Below, piece after piece: positions 30,227 to 40,879 of a stretch of 64,000 bases of DNA. The DNA lies in assembly GCA_017608235.1 (NCBI GenBank), contig JAFCGI010000001.1, positions 1,423 to 65,422 of the forward strand. Reading direction: 5' to 3'. Within the stretch, counting starts at the first letter, position 1. The number at the start of each line of letters is the position of its first letter. This stretch comes from Candidatus Pacearchaeota archaeon (GTDB lineage: Archaea; Nanobdellota; Nanobdellia; UBA10117; JAFCGI01). The position numbers were made by a program, and so were the translations under genes. The notes under the pieces are model-generated. The model was not told the DNA's origin, searched no databases, and saw nothing but the letters and a program-made list of their open reading frames with translations.

Positions 30227-31203
30227 TGCTCGTATATTTGCTTAATAATTTCATCTATTTCTGGATCTGCAATTAAAATATCTGCTACTTTGTAATTTTT
30301 AAGAAAGTATTCTACAATATCTTCAACATGCCTTTTCTTTAGTAAGACAATTATTTTGATATCATATGGTGATTCCCTTAGAATTTTGCATCCTGGTAAT
30401 TTAATTGGCCCTGTTTTTTCCAAGAATTTAATAGATATTGTTTTTTCTTTTATGTATTTCTTTTTGATGTTTTCTAGAAGACCATCATATATTATTTTTC
30501 CTTTATTTATTATAATTATTCTATCACATAATTTTTCAATGTCTCCCATGTCATGAGTTGTTACTATGAATGTGGTTTTGTGTTTTTTATTTATTTCTAA
30601 TATAAATTTTCTTAAAGTATCTTTTGCTATTACATCCATACCTATTGTTGGCTCATCTAAGAATACAATTTTTGGATTGTGTAGTAGTGCTGCTATTACT
30701 TCACACTTCATTCTTTCTCCAAGAGAGAGATTTCTAACTGGAGTCTTATAGATATCAGATACATTTAGCAATTTAGTCATATAATTTAGTCTTCTTTTGA
30801 AGAGTTTCTCAGGAACTTCATAAATTTCTTTTAATAAGTAAAATGCATCTACTGGGGGCAAATCCCACCATAATTGGGATTTTTGTCCAAATATCACTCC
30901 AATATGTTTGACATATTCTTCTCTATTTTGCCAAGGTATAAATCCTAAAATATTTATAGATCCAGAATCTGGATAGAGCACGCCAGTCATTGCTTTAATT
31001 GCTGTGCTTTTTCCTGCACCATTAGGGCCAATAAATCCAAGAATTTCTCCTTTTTCTACATCAAATGAAATTCCTTTTAGAGCTTCTTTGATTATATGCT
31101 TTCTTTTGACAATTGATTTAAAGGCTGCTAGTAAGCCTTCTTCTCTTTCAAAAGTTTTGAAAGTTTTCTTTACATCTTTAATAGAAATTATGTTTGCGGC
31201 CAT
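30223..31203 (-). CDS. ABC transporter ATP-binding protein
   Basis: GPNGAGKST, LSLGER, FLDEPTIG, TTH. Confidence 0.93.
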   Translation of the reverse strand: MAANIISIKDVKKTFKTFEREEGLLAAFKSIVKRKHIIKEALKGISFDVEKGEILGFIGPNGAGKSTAIKAMTGVLYPDSGSINILGFIPWQNREEYVKHIGVIFGQKSQLWWDLPPVDAFYLLKEIYEVPEKLFKRRLNYMTKLLNVSDIYKTPVRNLSLGERMKCEVIAALLHNPKIVFLDEPTIGMDVIAKDTLRKFILEINKKHKTTFIVTTHDMGDIEKLCDRIIIINKGKIIYDGLLENIKKKYIKEKTISIKFLEKTGPIKLPGCKILRESPYDIKIIVLLKKRHVEDIVEYFLKNYKVADILIADPEIDEIIKQIYEQ

Positions 31204-31306
31204 GTATTTTACCTAATTTATGGGTTTAAAAACTTATTGACTAAAATTATTTTGTAATTTTTATAAAAATATTTAAATATTTTAAATACTTTGTTTTTAT
31301 TAGTAA

Positions 31307-31444
31307 ATGCAATGTATTTTTTGTAATTCGTCAAACGTTGTTTTTTTAGAATCTAAGATAAATAGCAGTTTAATTGGAAAGGAAAAAATAGAAACTGAAT
31401 TCAAATGTAATAAATGTGAGAAAATATTTAGTGTGAATTATTAA
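31307..31444 (+). CDS. Small Zn-ribbon protein (45 aa), not in ORF track
   Basis: [45 protein letters not shown]; two CxxC pairs. Confidence 0.65.
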   Translation: MQCIFCNSSNVVFLESKINSSLIGKEKIETEFKCNKCEKIFSVNY

Positions 31445-33287
31445 TTTTGAATTTCTCAAATATTAATTGTTTTTTATTTCCTATAAATGCATGTTCTATA
31501 ACATCTTTTATATTCTTGACTGGAATTATTTTGATTTTTGATTCTGCTTCTTTTGATAGTACAATATCTTTCTCATTAGAATATGGAATAATTATTTCTT
31601 CTATTCCTGCTTCTATTGCTGCTTCTATTTTAGGAGTAACTCCACCAACAGGCAAGACTTCTCCTCTTACAGATAAGGAGCCTGTCATTGCTAGATTCTG
31701 TTTTATTTCTATATCTTTTAATGCTGAAAGGATTGCTACTGCAACTGCTATAGATGCTGAGTCTCCTTCTACTCCTTCCCCAACTGTTTGTAAAAATTGT
31801 ACATAAAGATCACGGGTTTCTTTTATGTCTTCGCCAAAATATTTCATGATTATTGCTGAAACATTTTCTACTGCTTCTTTTGCTATTTCTCCTAACTTGC
31901 CTGTTGCAACTATTTCTGTTTTCTTACCTCCAGTTGTTACTTCTGCTTCTATAGGCAAGACAATTCCAGAATAAGCTCCTTGTCCTCCAATAACTGCTAA
32001 ACCATTAACCCTACCAACTTCAAATCCTTTTGTTCTAATTACTTCATATTCTTTTTTCTTTTCAATGTATTTATCTGCTATTTGTTGCTCTAATGGACGT
32101 GCTATTTTTTTTGCTCTGAGAATATGATCTGCTTCTACAAATTTAGCTTTTTCTTCTAAAGCTAGATCTCCTGCAGCTCTTACTAATCCTCCAAGATCCC
32201 TTAATACTAGAGTTAAGTGTCCTTTTCTGTTGCTACGTCTTCTTGCTTCTTTGATTATTTCTAAAACTGCTTCCCTTGTAAAGTGAGGTATTTTTTCATC
32301 TTTAGTTACTTCTTGTGCAATAAATCTTGCTATTCTTTCTTGATTTTCTGGAGTATCTGGGATTGTATCATTCATGAATATTTCATATCCATATCCCCTA
32401 ATTCTAGATCTTAGTGCAGGGTGCATTCTTTCTACGGTTTCAAGATTTCCTGCTGCAATTAATACAAATTTACATGGGACTGGTTCTGTTCTAACCATTG
32501 CTCCTGCAGATTTTTCTGATTGTCCTGTTATTGGATATTTTCCTTCTTGTAATGCTGTAAGAAGATCTTGCTGAGTTTTTGGATCTAAAGTTGCTACTTC
32601 ATCAATAAATAGGACTCCACCATTTGCTTTATGAATCATACCAGCTTCCACTCTTAGATGTGCTGGAGTTCCTAGTCCTCCAGATTGGAATGGATCATGT
32701 AATACATCTCCTAATAATGCACCAGCATGAGATCCAGTAGCATCAATAAAAGGACTTTTTTCTAGTCTTGAAGTATCTACAATAAGTTTCGGTTCTAGTA
32801 TTTTTGATTTTCTTCCAACAACATTAAAAGATAGTGCCATTGCTGCAAGAAATAACATTCCAGAAATTAGTGAGGCTGCAGCCATAATATCTCCATATGA
32901 TTTTCTTATCCACCATGGAAGTATTAAGGCTATTACTGCTAATATGAAAAAGAATATTTGTTGATTTTTTAGACTTGTTGCTGCTTTTAACTTTGCTTGC
33001 TGGACTAGACTTGTACCTTTACCTGTAGAAAATACTTTAATTCTTGGATGATTTTCATCCTTAAGATTTGGTATTGATAGTATATCTACTAGTTTGCTTT
33101 TAGGAAGTAATTCTGCTAGTGCTTGTCCAAGCATAGACTTTCCAGTTCCTGGATCTCCAATTAATAATATGTGTCTTTTTTGTGCTGCAGCTTTTTTTAT
33201 GATCTTAGCTGCTTCGTCCTGTCCAATTACTTGATTTATTATTTTTTCAGGAACTTTTATTTCTTTTGTAGTTTTAAAATCTAGCAT
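31428..33287 (-). CDS. lonB: Archaeal membrane-anchored Lon protease
   Basis: GDPGTGKS, two TM helices, [30 protein letters not shown]. Confidence 0.95.
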   Translation of the reverse strand: MLDFKTTKEIKVPEKIINQVIGQDEAAKIIKKAAAQKRHILLIGDPGTGKSMLGQALAELLPKSKLVDILSIPNLKDENHPRIKVFSTGKGTSLVQQAKLKAATSLKNQQIFFFILAVIALILPWWIRKSYGDIMAAASLISGMLFLAAMALSFNVVGRKSKILEPKLIVDTSRLEKSPFIDATGSHAGALLGDVLHDPFQSGGLGTPAHLRVEAGMIHKANGGVLFIDEVATLDPKTQQDLLTALQEGKYPITGQSEKSAGAMVRTEPVPCKFVLIAAGNLETVERMHPALRSRIRGYGYEIFMNDTIPDTPENQERIARFIAQEVTKDEKIPHFTREAVLEIIKEARRRSNRKGHLTLVLRDLGGLVRAAGDLALEEKAKFVEADHILRAKKIARPLEQQIADKYIEKKKEYEVIRTKGFEVGRVNGLAVIGGQGAYSGIVLPIEAEVTTGGKKTEIVATGKLGEIAKEAVENVSAIIMKYFGEDIKETRDLYVQFLQTVGEGVEGDSASIAVAVAILSALKDIEIKQNLAMTGSLSVRGEVLPVGGVTPKIEAAIEAGIEEIIIPYSNEKDIVLSKEAESKIKIIPVKNIKDVIEHAFIGNKKQLIFEKFKINNSH

Positions 33288-33340
33288 AGGATGATCTAGA
33301 AATCAATAAGTCTTAAAAAGATTATGAAAATAAAAAAAAA

Positions 33341-33610
33341 TTATTCTTCAACTTCTTCTTCAAAGCTTGGTGCTGCAGCTTTAGAAACAATCATTATTGT
33401 TCCTATTGCTTTTACTAGTTGGTGTGGGATTATTACTCCTTTAGCACCAGATAATGTTTTATTTAAGAAAGAGTCTCTGGTTACCTTTACTCTCCAACTA
33501 TCTATTTTATTTTTTGTAATAATAGCATCTTCTACAACGCCAAATAAATCTCCAGTGTCTGTATAAACATTGAGGTTTGTTGTTTCTCCAATTTCTTTCA
33601 TTCTTAGCAT
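33341..33610 (-). CDS. PRC-barrel domain protein
   Basis: VYTDTGDLFGVVED...VIIPHQLVKAIGTIMIV. Confidence 0.85.
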   Translation of the reverse strand: MLRMKEIGETTNLNVYTDTGDLFGVVEDAIITKNKIDSWRVKVTRDSFLNKTLSGAKGVIIPHQLVKAIGTIMIVSKAAAPSFEEEVEE

Positions 33611-33677
33611 AATATCACCCTTTGTTTCTTATTGTTTTATAACAACTATTAAAAATATAAAGTTTTTCTTTCCAGAC

Positions 33678-34361
33678 ATGACTTATATAAAGATAATAGG
33701 TACATCACATATATCTAGAGATAGTGTTAAAGAAATACTTCTTTTTATAAAAAACCAGCAACCAGATATTATTGCTGTTGAATTAGATGCAAAAAGATTA
33801 GTTGCTTTGTTTTCTGAACAAAGAAAACTTAGTTTTAGAGATATTGCTAAAATAGGTTTATTTGGATTTATTTTCAGAAGTCTAGGATCTTATGTACAAA
33901 AGAAGCTTGGAGAGAAGTTTGGTTTGGCTCCTGGATCTGATATTAAGAGTGCGATTCTTGCTGCCAAAAAAGTTAATTCTAAAATTTACTTGATAGACCA
34001 AGATATAGAACTTACCTTACAAAACTTATCTAATAAAATGGGTGCTTGGGAGAGAATAAAATTTGTATTTTATTTGTTTGGTGGTTTTGCATTTAGTGGC
34101 ATGAGTAAGAAGTTAAAAAATATTGATTTACGTAAAGTTCCTCCTGAAAATATTATTGAGGAGTTAACTATGGAAATTAAAGATAAGTTTCCAGGAATAT
34201 ATGAGGCATTGATTAGTGATAGAGATAGATATATGTCTAATAGTATATTAAAAATAGCTAAAAATCATCCTGAAAGTAAGATTTTAGTGGTAGTTGGTGC
34301 AGGTCATAAAAAAGGTATTTTAAAAATTTTAAAAAAGCATATTAGAAAAACTAAAAACTAA
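33678..34361 (+). CDS. traB: TraB/PrgY family protein
   Basis: IIGTSHIS, VELD, PGSD, LIDQDI, LISDRD.YM, VVGAGH. Start moved to ATG 33678 to avoid overlap with the PRC gene. Confidence 0.88.
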   Translation: MTYIKIIGTSHISRDSVKEILLFIKNQQPDIIAVELDAKRLVALFSEQRKLSFRDIAKIGLFGFIFRSLGSYVQKKLGEKFGLAPGSDIKSAILAAKKVNSKIYLIDQDIELTLQNLSNKMGAWERIKFVFYLFGGFAFSGMSKKLKNIDLRKVPPENIIEELTMEIKDKFPGIYEALISDRDRYMSNSILKIAKNHPESKILVVVGAGHKKGILKILKKHIRKTKN

Positions 34362-34397
34362 CAATAGATTTTTATTATAAGATTTCCTAAAAATAGC

Positions 34398-35252
34398 ATG
34401 AAGAAACTAAAGAAACCTAAAATTGAGTATAAATTTGGAAATGAATTATTTGAAATTATTTTAGCAGTACTTGTATTAGGTTTTTGCTTTAGTTTTAGAG
34501 ATTGGGGTTATGAGTTGTTTGATATTGGAATTGGGTTGTATAATTTATTTAAAAGCATAATTATTGTAGGGTTTTCTGTTGGTGTTCATGAAGTTGCGCA
34601 TAGATGGTTAGCTAAAAAATATTTTGCAAAAGTTAGATACAAGTTATGGAAAACAGGGATATTTGCTGCATTAATTCTTGTTTTTTTAACTAATGGTTAT
34701 ATAGTGTTTGCAGCTCCTGGTGTAGTAGCTATTAGTACAATATATTTATTTAGGCCTGGTGCTGCACTTCCAGGAGGATATCCTAAACATTTGGGTCCTT
34801 TTGATAGAGCAAAAATTGCTTTAATAGGTCCTATGAGTAACTTGGCATTAGCTTTTTTTGCTAAAGGTTTTTTTGAATTTTCTCCTTGGTTAATGAACAA
34901 GTTATTATTTGTAAACCTTTCTTTAGCATTTTTTAATATGTTTCCTTTCTTTATATTATTTCCTGTGCTATTTAGCAAAATATTTCCTCATAAAATTAGA
35001 AGATTTACATATAAGCATGATATTCCTTATTTAGAAGGCGAGCATATTTTATTTGGTTCATTAATAATGTGGGGATTTTCATTTATATTTTTGTGCTTTT
35101 CTATAGGATTTTTAATGTTTTTAAATGTAGGATTAGCACTTATACTTTCGATTATTAGCGCAAGTATTTTATTCTTATTTTATTGGTATTATATTCAAAT
35201 AGGTGGACCTAAAGGATTTAAGCCAAGTCCAGATTCTATTTGGTGGAAATAA
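34398..35252 (+). CDS. Site-2 protease (peptidase M50) family membrane protein
   Basis: HEVAH in a TM segment, ALIGPMSN, FNMFP...LEG. Confidence 0.8.
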   Translation: MKKLKKPKIEYKFGNELFEIILAVLVLGFCFSFRDWGYELFDIGIGLYNLFKSIIIVGFSVGVHEVAHRWLAKKYFAKVRYKLWKTGIFAALILVFLTNGYIVFAAPGVVAISTIYLFRPGAALPGGYPKHLGPFDRAKIALIGPMSNLALAFFAKGFFEFSPWLMNKLLFVNLSLAFFNMFPFFILFPVLFSKIFPHKIRRFTYKHDIPYLEGEHILFGSLIMWGFSFIFLCFSIGFLMFLNVGLALILSIISASILFLFYWYYIQIGGPKGFKPSPDSIWWK

Positions 35253-35257
35253 ATAAA

Positions 35258-36754
35258 ATGAAATTTCTAAAAGATAAACTAAATTTAAGACTATATCAAG
35301 AAACAATTTTTTCTTCTGCATCAAAAAAAAACTGTTTAGTTGTGTTACCTACAGGACTTGGCAAGACTATGATTGCTATTGCTTTAGCAGCATTAAGAGA
35401 AAATAAAGGAAAGATTTTAATGATGGCACCTACTAAGCCGCTGATAAATCAACATAGAAAAACTTTTTCTGAATATTTTACAAACATAGAAAAAATTAAT
35501 GTTATTTCTGGAGAGATTGCTCCAAAATTAAGAAAAGATATATGGAACAAATCTAAAATTGTGTTTGCCACACCCCAAACAATTAAAAAAGACTTAATTT
35601 ATAGTAGAATTTCTTTAGATGATGTTTCTTTAGTGGTATTTGATGAAGCTCATAGAGCTGTTGGAGATTATGCATATGTTTATATTGCTAGAAAATACAT
35701 AAATTCTGGAAAAAAACCTAGAATTTTAGGATTAACTGCTTCTCCAGGATCTGATAGACTTAAAATTAAAGAAGTTTGTTCAAATTTATTTATTGATATT
35801 ATAGAATCTAGAGATAGAGATCATAAAGAAGTTAGAGATTTTGTTAAAGCTGTAAAAATTAGTTATGAATTTATAGAATTGCCTAATGATATAAGAAATA
35901 TTTCTAAATTTTTAAATACTGCTGCATCTGGAAGAATTAATATTTTATATGATATGGGATTTATTAAAACAAAAAATATTTCTAAAAAATATTTATTAAG
36001 TTTTCAAAAATATTTGCTTAGCAAGTCTAAAAATTATTATAATTTTAGAGCTTTGTCCTTAATCTCTCAAATAATAAAAATAAAACATGCAATAGAGTTA
36101 TTAGAAGCAGAAAGCATTGAATCTTTTATTAAATACTTAAATAAAGTAGAATCACAAAAGAATAAAGCAGCAAACAGTGTTTGTTCTGATTTTGAAGTTA
36201 AAAGAGCTAAATTGCTTGGTTTAAAGTTTTTAGATAATAATATAGAACATCCAAAATTAGATAGCTTGTTGAAAGTTATTAAAAAACAAATCTCCAAGAA
36301 AAAAGATTCTAAGATTTTAGTGTTTACTGAATATAGAACAAATATTAATCCAATTATAAATAAATTATATGAGTCAAAAATATCTTGTAATAAATTTATT
36401 GGGCAATCTTCTAAGTTAGAAAAAGGAATGTCTCAGGATGATCAGATTAAAACTCTTAATAAATTTAAGAGAAATGAGTTTAATGTGTTGGTTGCTACTT
36501 CTGTTGCTGAGGAAGGCTTAGATATTCCTTCTGTAGATATGGTTATATTTTATTCTGTAGTACCTTCAGCTATAAGATCTATACAACGAAAAGGAAGAAC
36601 TGGACGGCATAATTATGGAAAAATAAGTATACTATTAACTAAAAATACAAAAGATGAGGCTTATTACTGGATAGCTCATAAAAAAGAAAAAAAAATGAAA
36701 TATATAATAGATAGTATTAGTTCAAACGAAGATCTTACAAAATTTATAAAATGA
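35258..36754 (+). CDS. hef: Hef/FANCM-like DEAH helicase (helicase part only)
   Basis: RLYQ, PTGLGKT, FDEAH, GLTASPG, TSVAEEGLDIP, QRKGRTGR. Confidence 0.9.
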   Translation: MKFLKDKLNLRLYQETIFSSASKKNCLVVLPTGLGKTMIAIALAALRENKGKILMMAPTKPLINQHRKTFSEYFTNIEKINVISGEIAPKLRKDIWNKSKIVFATPQTIKKDLIYSRISLDDVSLVVFDEAHRAVGDYAYVYIARKYINSGKKPRILGLTASPGSDRLKIKEVCSNLFIDIIESRDRDHKEVRDFVKAVKISYEFIELPNDIRNISKFLNTAASGRINILYDMGFIKTKNISKKYLLSFQKYLLSKSKNYYNFRALSLISQIIKIKHAIELLEAESIESFIKYLNKVESQKNKAANSVCSDFEVKRAKLLGLKFLDNNIEHPKLDSLLKVIKKQISKKKDSKILVFTEYRTNINPIINKLYESKISCNKFIGQSSKLEKGMSQDDQIKTLNKFKRNEFNVLVATSVAEEGLDIPSVDMVIFYSVVPSAIRSIQRKGRTGRHNYGKISILLTKNTKDEAYYWIAHKKEKKMKYIIDSISSNEDLTKFIK

Positions 36755-37407
36755 TAAAAATAATTATTGATCATAGAGAAAAAAATGAAATTATTAATAT
36801 TTTAAAAAATTTAGAAAAGGGAGCTGAAATTGAAGTTAAAAATTTAAGTGTAGGAGATTTTATTTTAAGCAAGGATGTGGTTATTGAAAGGAAAACAATT
36901 AATGATTTTTTAAGTTCTTTAATAGATAAAAGATTATTTGAGCAAGCAAGGGAGCTAAAGCATAATTTTAAGAAACCATTATTTTTAATTGAGGGTAATT
37001 TAGAAGAAATTTATAATATTAGAGATATAAATGAAAATGCTATTAGAGCTGCAATGCTTTCTTTGATTTTAGATTTTGAAATTCCTTTTTTATTTTCAAC
37101 TAATATCTTGGATAGTGCTAAAATTTTGATAACTATTGCTAGAAGGGAGCAGATTCAAAAAAATAAAGAAATTAGTTTAAGAGGAAGTAAAATTGCATAT
37201 ACTATGCCTCAAATGCAGCAATATTTTGTTGAAGGGTTGCCTTTAGTAGGTCCTAATTTAGCTAAATTGCTTTTAAAAAAGTTTAAAACCCCTAAAAAAA
37301 TAGTAAATGCTAAACTTGAAAAGTTGAAAAAAGTTGAAAAAATTGGAGATAAAAAAGCAAAATTAATTAGAGATATATTAGATTTAGAATATAATGAAAA
37401 TAACTAA
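36751..37407 (+). CDS. xpf: ERCC4/XPF nuclease with HhH (Hef nuclease part)
   Basis: IIDHRE, GDFIL, IERKT..DF, LIEG, C-terminal HhH LPLVGP / VEKIG. Confidence 0.9.
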   Translation: MIKIIIDHREKNEIINILKNLEKGAEIEVKNLSVGDFILSKDVVIERKTINDFLSSLIDKRLFEQARELKHNFKKPLFLIEGNLEEIYNIRDINENAIRAAMLSLILDFEIPFLFSTNILDSAKILITIARREQIQKNKEISLRGSKIAYTMPQMQQYFVEGLPLVGPNLAKLLLKKFKTPKKIVNAKLEKLKKVEKIGDKKAKLIRDILDLEYNENN

Positions 37408-37726
37408 AACAATTAAAAGGGGGCGTAAAACTGGAAGTAAAATAAGAAGCAATTTAATAGAACTTCTTTATATTTTTGGTGAGGGTTATGGTTTTGATTT
37501 GTATAAAAAATATATTAAAGTTTATGGAAATGTTAACATAAGATCTATTTATTATAATCTAAATAAAGGAGTAGATTTGGGTATTTTTAAGGTAAAAGAG
37601 ATTAAAGAAGAGCTTGGAGATTATAGTTGGGGTAGATTTAGTGAGAAAAAAATTTATTCTTTAAGTAAAAATTCTGATATTAATATTAAATTAGATGAAA
37701 ATATTAAAAAAATTTTAAATTTATAA
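37394..37726 (+). CDS. Hypothetical winged-helix-like protein adjacent to the origin
   Basis: RGRK..SKIR..LIELL..GYGFDLYK..RSIYYNL.KG..GDYSWG resembles a PadR-like wHTH. Confidence 0.6.
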   Translation: MKITKTIKRGRKTGSKIRSNLIELLYIFGEGYGFDLYKKYIKVYGNVNIRSIYYNLNKGVDLGIFKVKEIKEELGDYSWGRFSEKKIYSLSKNSDINIKLDENIKKILNL

Positions 37727-37730
37727 CTCT

Positions 37731-38100
37731 CACACCTTTATTTCTTATGGAGTTAATTTATTATTAATTTTAGTTTTATTTAACACACCTTTATTTCTTA
37801 TGGAAATATATAATTTATATTATAATATCATTTTTTGAAGTTTCCATAGGAAATTTATTTTTATTAATTTTAATTATATTTTAATTATATTATATAATAT
37901 ATATTATTATTTGCAATATAGTAAATAATTATTTTATTATTTAAAAATATTTAATTATATTTTGAATATTCTATTATTTTTTGAAAGAGTTTTTTCCAAT
38001 GGAAATGTAGGTCAGAGGGTCTTTTTAAATAATTATTTTAATTTTTTAGTAATTATATTCTAGAGTATATAAATTATTAATAAACCTTTGTTTCTTATGC
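37731..38100. other. Replication origin (oriC) with ORB elements and AT-rich unwinding element
   Basis: Identical 21-mers CACACCTTTATTTCTTATGGA at 37731 and 37784 (reverse complement TCCATAAGAAATAAAGGTGTG, ORB-like). Opposite-sense TTTCCATAGGAAAT at 37841 and TTTCCAATGGAAATGTAGG at 37993. Almost pure A/T at about 37855-37985; degenerate copy at 38084. Directly upstream of cdc6. Confidence 0.85.
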
Positions 38101-38104
38101 ACTT

Positions 38105-39316
38105 TTGGATATGAGACAGAGAGCATTAAATGATTATTTTGAGAGTTTCTTAGAAAAGGAAACTATATTTGAAGATAAGAAAGTTCTACAACAAAAATAT
38201 ATACCTAATTTAATATTACATAGGGAACAACAAGTTGATATTTTGGCACATATTTTGGCACCAGTTTTAAGAAAAGACAAACCATCTAATGTGTTTTTGT
38301 ATGGTAAAACCGGAACTGGAAAAACATTATGTAGTAATTATATATGTGATAAATTAAAAGAAGTAGCAGATAAGAAAAATATTCCTTTAAAAATTATATA
38401 TGTTAATTGCAAATTGAAAAAAGTTTGTGATACAGAATATAGAGTTGTTTCTTATCTTGCTAGAAGTATGGGTGTTAATGTACCTAGCACTGGTTTGCCA
38501 ACAGATGAAATATATAATTTGTTTTTGAGGGAAGTTGAGAAAGAAGAAAGTATAATTTTATTAATTTTAGATGAAATTGATCATTTAGTTAATAAAGCTG
38601 GTGATGAAATTTTATATAATCTTACAAGAATTAATTCAGAATTATCAAAATCTGAGTTATCAGTTATTGGAATTTCAAATGATGTTAGATTTATAGAAAA
38701 TATAGATCCAAGAGTTAAAAGTTCTTTAAATGAGGAAGAAGTTATTTTTCCACCATATAATGCAATTGAATTAAAAGATATTTTAAGAAAAAGAGCAGAA
38801 TTTGCTTTTAAGAAGGGAAGTATAAAAGATGGTGTTCTAGAAAAATGTGCTGCTTATGCAGCAAGGGAACATGGTGATGCTAGAAGGGCTTTGGATTTAT
38901 TAAGGGTTGCTGGTGAGATTTCAGAAAGATTAGGAGCTAGTTTTGTAGATGCAACACATATTGACTTAGCAGAAGAAAAAATAGAAAAAAATAGAATTTT
39001 AGAGATTGTTAGAACGCAACCAAGACAATCTCAGGCAGTATTATATTCTATTTTGTTATTATTAAAAAATAAAAGTGAAAGTGTTGAGACTGGTGAAATA
39101 TTTGAAAGATATAAAGAGGTTTGCATACAAGCAGGTCAAAATATATTAACACAAAGAAGGATTTCTGATTTAATCTCAGAGTTAGATATGCTTGGATTGA
39201 TAAATGCTAAAGTTATTAGCAAAGGAAGATATGGTAGGACAAGAGATATTTATGTGGCAATACCAGATTCTATAATTGATAAAGTTAGAGATAGTTTGAT
39301 AAGTGATCTAACTTAA
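38105..39316 (+). CDS. cdc6: Orc1/Cdc6 replication initiator
   Basis: YGKTGTGKT, LDEID, DPRVKSSL, FPPY, HGDARRALDLLR, wing SKGRYGRTR (start TTG 38105 or ATG 38111). Confidence 0.96.
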   Translation: MDMRQRALNDYFESFLEKETIFEDKKVLQQKYIPNLILHREQQVDILAHILAPVLRKDKPSNVFLYGKTGTGKTLCSNYICDKLKEVADKKNIPLKIIYVNCKLKKVCDTEYRVVSYLARSMGVNVPSTGLPTDEIYNLFLREVEKEESIILLILDEIDHLVNKAGDEILYNLTRINSELSKSELSVIGISNDVRFIENIDPRVKSSLNEEEVIFPPYNAIELKDILRKRAEFAFKKGSIKDGVLEKCAAYAAREHGDARRALDLLRVAGEISERLGASFVDATHIDLAEEKIEKNRILEIVRTQPRQSQAVLYSILLLLKNKSESVETGEIFERYKEVCIQAGQNILTQRRISDLISELDMLGLINAKVISKGRYGRTRDIYVAIPDSIIDKVRDSLISDLT

Positions 39317-39369
39317 TTGTTTTTTGTATTATAGTAGTGTTTATAACTATTTTTTTATTCTAATTTGAA

Positions 39370-40818
39370 ATGGATAGAAAAGAAACAATTAGTTATCTTT
39401 TAAAGAAAGGTATTCTTCCTACAGATGATAAAATAAAGGAGTTAGTGGAAGAGGACTTTAAAAGTGCTTCAGATGTTCAGAGTGAACAAGAAAGAAAGCA
39501 AGATAATAATATTCAAGAACAGACACAAAAAGAGGTTATTGAGAGTAGAAGAATTGTTGAAGATATAGATACAAAGATTGAAGTTATAAGAGATTATAAA
39601 TCATCTGCCTTTAAAAAGTTTAAACTAGATGATTTTCCAAAACTTATGAGGGATAGATATGAAGCTATCAAGAGTATTTTATTAGCTAGGCAAGAAACAG
39701 AAGGTTGTGTTTCTATAAATAAGTTAAATTCAACATCTGGAAGTGCAGTAATTATAGCAATTATTTCTGATATTTTGAAATTAAGAACTGGTACTTTGAA
39801 GTTAGATTTAGAAGATCTTACAGGAAGAGTATCAGGAATTATTCCTATTAAAAACCAAGAGATGATTGAAAAGTCAAAACAGTTAGCTCTTGATGAGGTT
39901 GTTGCAGTTAAAGGATCTTTTTCAAGAGGTGTTTTATTTATTAATGATATTATTTGGCCGGACATACCATATGTAAACAGGGAAAAGTGTGATGAGGATG
40001 TTTATGTGGCTTTCTCAGGAGATTTGCATATAGGTTCTAATACTTTTTTACCTAAAGAGTTTGATAAATTTCTTAAATGGATTAGTGGCAAGTCAGGAAA
40101 TAAAACACAAAGAGATATTGCTAATAAAATTAAATATGTGTTTATTGCTGGAGATTTAGTGGATGGTGTTGGAATATATCCAGGGCAAGATAAAGAACTT
40201 ACTATAACAGATATAAGTAAACAATATGATAAGGTTGCAGAGTATTTATCTATGATTCCAAATGATAAAAAAATACTTATCTGTCCAGGAAATCATGATG
40301 TGGGAAGAATTGAGGAACCACAACCAGCATTAGATAAATATATGAGTGCGCCGGTGATAGAACTTCCAAATGTTATTAGTATTAGTAATCCAGCATATTT
40401 AAAAATTCATAAGACTAAGGGTTTTTCTGGTTTAAATGTGTTAATGTATCATGGATATAGTTTTGATTATTTTATTGATAAGATAGAATACATAAGAAAT
40501 AGTGGAGGTTATGAGTCTCCAGATAAACTAATAGAATTTTTGTTAAGGAAAAGACATTTAGCTCCTAGTCATGGGAGTACACTTTGTCTGCCATTAGAAG
40601 AAGATCCTTTGGTTATTAGACAAGTTCCAGATGTGGTTGCTACAGGACATATTCATAAAGCAAAGGTTTCTCAATATAAAGGAGTTTTAACGATTGCATC
40701 TTCTTGCTGGCAGAAAAATACAAGTTTTCAGGATAAGATGGGGTTGCATGCTGATCCTTGTAAAGTACCTATACTTAATCTTAAAACAAATTCAGTTAGA
40801 ACACTTAGTTTTATATAG
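39370..40818 (+). CDS. polD1: DNA polymerase D small subunit DP1
   Basis: LEDLTG OB fold, GDLHIGS, GDLVDGVGIYPGQ, PGNHD, YHG, RHLAP, GHIH. Confidence 0.95.
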   Translation: MDRKETISYLLKKGILPTDDKIKELVEEDFKSASDVQSEQERKQDNNIQEQTQKEVIESRRIVEDIDTKIEVIRDYKSSAFKKFKLDDFPKLMRDRYEAIKSILLARQETEGCVSINKLNSTSGSAVIIAIISDILKLRTGTLKLDLEDLTGRVSGIIPIKNQEMIEKSKQLALDEVVAVKGSFSRGVLFINDIIWPDIPYVNREKCDEDVYVAFSGDLHIGSNTFLPKEFDKFLKWISGKSGNKTQRDIANKIKYVFIAGDLVDGVGIYPGQDKELTITDISKQYDKVAEYLSMIPNDKKILICPGNHDVGRIEEPQPALDKYMSAPVIELPNVISISNPAYLKIHKTKGFSGLNVLMYHGYSFDYFIDKIEYIRNSGGYESPDKLIEFLLRKRHLAPSHGSTLCLPLEEDPLVIRQVPDVVATGHIHKAKVSQYKGVLTIASSCWQKNTSFQDKMGLHADPCKVPILNLKTNSVRTLSFI

Positions 40819-40879
40819 TTGAGTTAATTTGTTTTATTAGTTATAATAGTTTTTAAAAAAAGAATAATTTTAAGAGGGT

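Noticed and set aside
31307..31444. Zn-ribbon microprotein as a stand-alone NrdR
   Set aside because: It lacks RRRR, FTTYE and an ATP cone.
33570..33677. N-terminal extension of the TraB ORF
   Set aside because: It overlaps the divergent PRC-barrel gene; family similarity starts at ATG 33678.
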